Origin: Draconibacterium orientale
Lineage (GTDB): Bacteria > Bacteroidota > Bacteroidia > Bacteroidales > JAADGE01
NCBI GenBank assembly: GCA_020718265.1
Contig: DYSM01000002.1
Coordinates: forward strand, 1 to 32,128
Length of the DNA stretch: 32,128 bases
Direction of reading: 5' to 3'
The notes under the pieces are model-generated. The model had not been told where the DNA came from and made no database searches. It saw only the letters and a list, made by a program, of their open reading frames with translations. Positions 27,592 through 32,128 of the stretch are shown piece after piece (within the stretch, counting starts at the first letter, position 1; every line of letters starts with the position of its first letter). The translations under genes were made by a program, and so were the position numbers.

Positions 27592-27772
27592 AGCCTCCGG
27601 CAAACGGACAAATGACCAAAATGGTTGATTCTTTTGAAATTTTAAAATTTTTGTCGGTCTGAAATTTACCCAAAATCGATATTTTGTAATACAATCTCGA
27701 AATTTCCTGATAGTTTTCGTAAAGATATTCTAAAACGCCACCGAGGGTCTCGCATGGAGGTAAATATATCAT
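27590..27772 (-). CDS. moaD: MoaD/ThiS-family sulfur-carrier (ubiquitin-like beta-grasp) protein, C-terminal Gly-Gly
   Basis: The ORF ends ...STILVICPFAGG-stop, the MoaD-type (A/V)xxPPxxGG tail, directly downstream of mobA. The ATG-initiated ORF is only 60 aa. The frame stays open upstream (GTNIKIYRISERK-M...), and an ATT at 27802-27800 overlapping the mobA stop would give a 71-aa MoaD-sized protein. Confidence 0.55.
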   Translation of the reverse strand: MIYLPPCETLGGVLEYLYENYQEISRLYYKISILGKFQTDKNFKISKESTILVICPFAGG

Positions 27773-27797
27773 CTTCCGCTCAGATATCCGGTAAATT

Positions 27798-28382
27798 TTA
27801 ATGTTTGTGCCATATATTTTCTAAATTTAGAAGTGCTGATTCAAAAATTTCTTTCGTGTTTATGTTAGCAAAGTTCGTTTTTGGGTTACATTCAATAAAG
27901 CATGTTTTTATTGTTGTGTTTGATATTAAATGCATCATTTTGTAAGTATTTTGTTCTATTTGAACCTTTATTTTTGGCAAAATTGTTTTTCGATACATTC
28001 CTGACAGCGGGTGAATAAAATTGTTCTCTTTGGCAACAATAACTTCATTACCAATTGCTTGGTTTACTATTTTAGCGAATAGTTCGGTGCCTATAAATGG
28101 TGTATCGCAACCTATGACAAGATTATATTCGAAGTTTGACAGCGTAAGTCCGGTAAAAAGTCCGCCAAGCGGACCAATGTTTTTTATTAAATCCGGTACT
28201 GTTTTACAGCCAAAAACTTGATTGTCAGGATTGTTCGAGACAATGAGACATTCCTTGATAAAAGGTTCAATAGTTTCGTAAGAAATTTCAGTCAAAGTTT
28301 TGGAACCTATTTTCAAGAGTCCTTTGTCTGTGCCCATTCTCACACTTTTACCGCCCGCTAATATGATACCTCCGAAGTCCAT
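27798..28382 (-). CDS. mobA: Molybdenum cofactor guanylyltransferase MobA (NTP_transf_3 family)
   Basis: Motifs GGIILAGGKSVRMGTDKGLL, GPLGGL, CDTPF and IHPL align with E. coli MobA. ATG 28382 overlaps the polA stop (TAATG) and is preferred over TTG 28400. Confidence 0.85.
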   Translation of the reverse strand: MDFGGIILAGGKSVRMGTDKGLLKIGSKTLTEISYETIEPFIKECLIVSNNPDNQVFGCKTVPDLIKNIGPLGGLFTGLTLSNFEYNLVIGCDTPFIGTELFAKIVNQAIGNEVIVAKENNFIHPLSGMYRKTILPKIKVQIEQNTYKMMHLISNTTIKTCFIECNPKTNFANINTKEIFESALLNLENIWHKH

Positions 28383-31195
28383 TAATGTGCTTTTAACCAA
28401 TCTTTTCCGTAATTCGATTCTGCAATCAATTTCACCGATAAATTAGCCGCATTTTCCATCGCATCAGTTATGATTTTTTGTGCCTTTTCAACATCTTTTT
28501 CGGCAATATCGAACACAAGTTCGTCGTGAACTTGCAGAATAAGTTTTGCATCTAAATTCGTTTTTTTGAGTTCGTTTTGAACATTTATCATTGCAATTTT
28601 GATAACATCGGCGGCAGAGCCTTGCAGCGGTGCGTTGATGGCGTTTCGTTCATCGTTTCCGCGTTCAACGGCGTTTCGGCTGTTTATTTTTTGCAAGAAT
28701 CGCTTTCTTCCGAAAATTGTTTTCACTATTTCGGTTTCTCTTCCCGTTCGTATCGCTTCGTCCATATGTTTTTTTACGTCCGGATACGTTCTGAAATAGC
28801 CGTCTATCAAGGCTTTAGCTTCTGAACGACCGATATTTAAACTTTGGGATAATCCAAACGATGAAATGCCGTAAATGATTCCAAAATTTGCTGATTTTGC
28901 TTGCGAGCGCATGTCTTTTGTTACGTCCTCGAGCGGAATGTTGAAAATTTTTGCCGCAGTTGCCGTATGAATGTCTTCGCCGTGCGCAAATGCCTGAATC
29001 ATATTTAAATCTTGGCTCATGTGCGCCATCAGTCTAAGTTCGATTTGAGAATAGTCGGCAGAAAAAATCACGCGGTCGTTTGCACGCGGAACGAAGGCTT
29101 CTCGGATGCGCCTGCCCTCGGATGTCCGAATCGGAATGTTTTGCAAATTCGGATTTGTGGAACTCAGTCGCCCCGTACTTGTTACGGCTTGGTTGAACGA
29201 CGTGTGTATCAAACCTGTTTTTGGGTTGATAAGTTCCGGCAAGGCTTTTACGTAGGTCGAAAGCAGTTTTGTTAATGTTCGATATTCCAAAATGAAATCG
29301 ACAATTTCGTGTGTGCCTTTCAATTTTTGCAATTCTTCTTCGCCCGTTGCGTATTGTTTTGTTTTTGTCAATTTCGGGTCGTTGGTAACTTTCAATTTTT
29401 CGAACAAAATAATTCCGAGCTGTTTTGGCGATGCGATATTGAAATGTGTTCCGGCTGCGCGATATATTTGCGTTTCGGTTTCCGAAATACGTTGAGTCAA
29501 TTCTTGCTCGTGTGCCGAAAGCGTGTTTTTGTCGATTTTAACGCCGTTGCGCTCCATGTCGGCTAAAACATACACAAGCGGAAATTCAATGTTTTCTGCA
29601 AGGCTTAAAAGTTCGTTTTCAACGAGTTTTTGTGCAAAGATTTCCTTGAGTTGAAACGTAAGGTCGGCATCTTCGCCCGCGTACTCTTTTATGAGTTCTT
29701 TCGACACATTTCGCATTGAAATTTGAGTCTTCTTATCTTCGCCTATAAGTTCCTCAATAGCAACAGGTTGATAGAGTAAATACTCTTCCGACAAAACATT
29801 CAAATTATGGCGTTTTTCGGGTGCTAACAAGTAGTGAGCCAACATGGTATCGAATAGTTTTCCGCCAACATGAATGTCGTAATTTTGGAGTACCAGAATA
29901 TCGTATTTGATGTTCTGCCCGATTTTAAGAATTTTATCGGATTCTAAAAGAGTTTTAAATTTTGAAACAAGCGTTTCTGCGACATTTCTGTTTTCGGGAA
30001 CCGGAACATAAAACGCTTCGTGCGCTTTGAATGAAAACGACATGCCGACAAGATTTGCTACAATCGGGTCGATGTTGTCCGTTTCTGTATCAAAACAAAA
30101 TTCCGACTGTTGCGAAAGTAAATTTATCAACTCTTCAATTTCAGATTCCGTTTCCGCAAGTTTGTATGTATGTTCGGTCGTATGTATCGTTTCAAATTTT
30201 GTTTCAATTTCGTTCGGTGCAAAAAGTTCAGCTTGGCTTGGTTGATTGAACAAATCCGGCTTAACGACTTCGCCAAACAAATTACGCTGCGCGTTCGGGT
30301 CTTCTTTTTTCGGCGGAATTACGCGTGCTGCCAAAGCTCGGAACTCTAATTCTTCAAATAAAGATTTCAATTTTTCGTAATCAGGCTCTTTTACTTTGCA
30401 ATTTTCGGCATCAAATTCTATCGGAACATCCAAACGAATTGTTACAAGTTCGCGTGCGCGGTCGAGAATTTCTTTGTCGGCAAGCAAGTTTTCTTTTTGT
30501 TTTCCTTTTAATTTTTCAATATTTTGGTAGATATTTTCTATGGTTCCGAATTTGGAAATCAAATCCGCAGCAGTCTTTTCTCCGATGCCTTTTACACCCG
30601 GAACATTGTCGGACGTGTCGCCCCAAAGTGCCAAAATATCAATAAATTGTGCCGGTTTTTCGATGCCGTATTTCTTGCAAAAATCTTGGGCGTTTACAAT
30701 TTCAACTTCGTTTCCGCTGCGTCCGGGTTTGTACATGAAAATATTTTCCGACAAAAGCTGTCCGTAATCTTTGTCGGGCGTCATCATATAGCATGTAAAA
30801 CCTTCTTTTTCAGATTGTTTTGCAATTGTCCCGATAACATCATCGGCTTCAAAGCCTTGAACTTGCAAAATCGGAATTCGGTATGCATCCAAAATTGCTT
30901 TGATGTACGGAACTGCAATTTTGATGTCTTCCGGCGTCGCATCGCGGTTTGCTTTGTAAAGCGGATACAGTTCGTTGCGAAACGTTGCTGCTGCCGGGTC
31001 GAACGCTACGGCGATGTAATCCGGCTTTTCTTTTTTCAGAACTTCATCCAGCGTGTTTACAAATCCGAGCACAGCCGAAGTGTTCAAACCCGATGAAGTA
31101 ATGCGCGGATTTTTAATAAAAGCATAATATGCTCTGAAAATCAGGGCATAAGCATCGAGAAGAAAGAGCTTTTTTTCGGCTGAGTGTGAATTCAT
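28382..31195 (-). CDS. polA: DNA polymerase I
   Basis: 937 aa with the 5'-3' exonuclease/FEN domain (LLDAYALIFRAYYA, GVKGIGEKTA) and a 3'-5' exonuclease domain (FDTETD). Pol A motifs are DYSQIELRLMAH, RSQAKSANFGIIYG and QVHDELVF. Confidence 0.97.
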   Translation of the reverse strand: MNSHSAEKKLFLLDAYALIFRAYYAFIKNPRITSSGLNTSAVLGFVNTLDEVLKKEKPDYIAVAFDPAAATFRNELYPLYKANRDATPEDIKIAVPYIKAILDAYRIPILQVQGFEADDVIGTIAKQSEKEGFTCYMMTPDKDYGQLLSENIFMYKPGRSGNEVEIVNAQDFCKKYGIEKPAQFIDILALWGDTSDNVPGVKGIGEKTAADLISKFGTIENIYQNIEKLKGKQKENLLADKEILDRARELVTIRLDVPIEFDAENCKVKEPDYEKLKSLFEELEFRALAARVIPPKKEDPNAQRNLFGEVVKPDLFNQPSQAELFAPNEIETKFETIHTTEHTYKLAETESEIEELINLLSQQSEFCFDTETDNIDPIVANLVGMSFSFKAHEAFYVPVPENRNVAETLVSKFKTLLESDKILKIGQNIKYDILVLQNYDIHVGGKLFDTMLAHYLLAPEKRHNLNVLSEEYLLYQPVAIEELIGEDKKTQISMRNVSKELIKEYAGEDADLTFQLKEIFAQKLVENELLSLAENIEFPLVYVLADMERNGVKIDKNTLSAHEQELTQRISETETQIYRAAGTHFNIASPKQLGIILFEKLKVTNDPKLTKTKQYATGEEELQKLKGTHEIVDFILEYRTLTKLLSTYVKALPELINPKTGLIHTSFNQAVTSTGRLSSTNPNLQNIPIRTSEGRRIREAFVPRANDRVIFSADYSQIELRLMAHMSQDLNMIQAFAHGEDIHTATAAKIFNIPLEDVTKDMRSQAKSANFGIIYGISSFGLSQSLNIGRSEAKALIDGYFRTYPDVKKHMDEAIRTGRETEIVKTIFGRKRFLQKINSRNAVERGNDERNAINAPLQGSAADVIKIAMINVQNELKKTNLDAKLILQVHDELVFDIAEKDVEKAQKIITDAMENAANLSVKLIAESNYGKDWLKAH

Positions 31196-31263
31196 AAACG
31201 GAGACTGATTTTATCTTTTGCAAAAATAATTATTTTGCGCGTCAAATCAGCATCATTTTGAAT

Positions 31264-31716
31264 CTATTTGTTGTCGTCGGCAAACCATTCGCCGTAAGAA
31301 TTTTCAGTTTCATACAATCGAATGCTGAAAAGTCGAACGCCTTCGGGCAGATGTGGTTTTATGCGCGCGGCAAAATCAATGACCATGCTCTCGCACGTGG
31401 GTTGATAATCGGTCAGAATAAAACGGTCGAACAAATGCGGAATTTTAAAAAACGATTCGTCCGCCGATTTTTTGTTCAATACCAAAGCGTGGTCGTAAAC
31501 GTTTACAATTTCGCGGTTTACAATTTGCTTCAAATCACCAAAATCAATTAACATTCCGTGTTTTACGTCCGCCTCATCTGAAATCGGTGTACCAGAGACT
31601 GTTACAAACAGCTTGTACGTATGTCCGTGTATGTTTTTGCATTTTCCGTCGTAGTTCCACAACGCATGTGCGGCTTCAAAATTAAATTGTTTTGTTACTC
31701 TGACTGTTTGGCTCAT
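31264..31716 (-). CDS. queD: 6-carboxy-5,6,7,8-tetrahydropterin synthase QueD (PTPS family)
   Basis: 150 aa. FNFEAAHAL..Y.GKCKNIHGHTYKL zinc/His motif and overall PTPS-III layout. Confidence 0.9.
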   Translation of the reverse strand: MSQTVRVTKQFNFEAAHALWNYDGKCKNIHGHTYKLFVTVSGTPISDEADVKHGMLIDFGDLKQIVNREIVNVYDHALVLNKKSADESFFKIPHLFDRFILTDYQPTCESMVIDFAARIKPHLPEGVRLFSIRLYETENSYGEWFADDNK

Positions 31717-31783
31717 ATTTGAATAATTTTACTAATGTAAACTTTTATTTACAATTTTGTATTGAAATGTAAACAAAACATTA

Positions 31784-32110
31784 CTATTCTTCTTCTTCGT
31801 CGGCACAATCGCCGCAGTTTCCAAGACAATCAACTATATGTTTAAGACTGTCATTTCTAAGCAAATAATATGTATTTTTACCTTTTCGTTCAGATTTCAA
31901 AATCCCTTTATCCTTCAAAATCCCTAAATGGTGCGATGTTGTGGATTGCTCTAAATCCAATCGTTGATGTATTTCGGTTACTTTCATTTTTTCTGTTTCC
32001 AGAATTTTAAGAATTGCAATGCGCATCGGATGAGCCATGGCTTTTAGCATTGCGGACGTTTTTTCGAGTCTTACTACATCTATATTCTCAAATTGTATTG
32101 AATTTTCCAT
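31784..32110 (-). CDS. ArsR/SmtB family metalloregulatory transcription factor
   Basis: 108 aa. wHTH signature AMAHPMRIAILKIL...VTEIHQRLDLEQSTTSHHLGILKDKGIL. Cys-rich acidic tail CLGNCGDCADEEEE. Confidence 0.85.
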   Translation of the reverse strand: MENSIQFENIDVVRLEKTSAMLKAMAHPMRIAILKILETEKMKVTEIHQRLDLEQSTTSHHLGILKDKGILKSERKGKNTYYLLRNDSLKHIVDCLGNCGDCADEEEE

Positions 32111-32128
32111 TTTTTTATTTTTTTTACG

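Noticed and set aside
28577-31096. Numerous plus-strand ORFs (66-190 aa) inside polA
   Set aside because: All are antisense to an unmistakable full-length DNA polymerase I and are Cys/Phe/Arg-rich nonsense frames.
1-32128. Search for tRNA/rRNA genes, CRISPR repeats, IS elements or inverted terminal repeats, integrases, toxin-antitoxin pairs and defence genes
   Set aside because: I saw no T-arm GGTTCGAATCC-like motifs, no regularly spaced direct repeats, and no transposase, integrase or nuclease-helicase defence-type ORFs. The lone RHH gene has no adjacent toxin ORF.

Overview
About 32 kb of a low-GC Bacteroidota chromosome. The phylum call rests on a T9SS C-terminal sorting domain, Bacteroidetes-type TAnnTTTG -7 boxes and phylum-typical families (DUF4292, DUF4271, DUF4175, HemD-like next to rnpA). 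The window is densely coding, with about 27 credible CDSs, nearly all core housekeeping. In order: DUF58, a small RHH protein, nadA, a MORN/YwqK-repeat protein, ruvB, a sugar nucleotidyltransferase, and an envelope block (TPR lipoprotein, DUF4292 lipoprotein, EnvC-like degenerate M23, giant DUF4175-like coiled-coil protein). Then ybeY, mnmG, uvrC, a T9SS-secreted papain-like peptidase, the DUF4271-hemD-like-rnpA operon, a glutaryl-CoA-dehydrogenase-like ACAD, an S41 peptidase, a small secreted protein, an orphan SiaC/DUF1987 protein, polA-mobA-moaD, queD and an ArsR regulator. I found no rRNA, tRNA, CRISPR array, transposase, integrase or recognisable defence gene, so this reads as an ordinary, probably origin-proximal core region rather than an accessory island. 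The most distinctive signals are non-genic. (1) Two identical perfect parS palindromes lie 243 bp apart and bracket a C-poor, ORF-free spacer between mnmG and uvrC. (2) A 487-bp very AT-rich divergent intergenic region between the RHH gene and nadA carries DnaA-box-like TTATCAACA/TTATACACA motifs. I do not see a clear-cut novel multi-gene system. The best protein-level leads are the conserved-unknown envelope block, the orphan SiaC-like protein and the GG-terminated MoaD-like ORF with no canonical full-length start. All family calls come from motif recognition by eye, not database searches.
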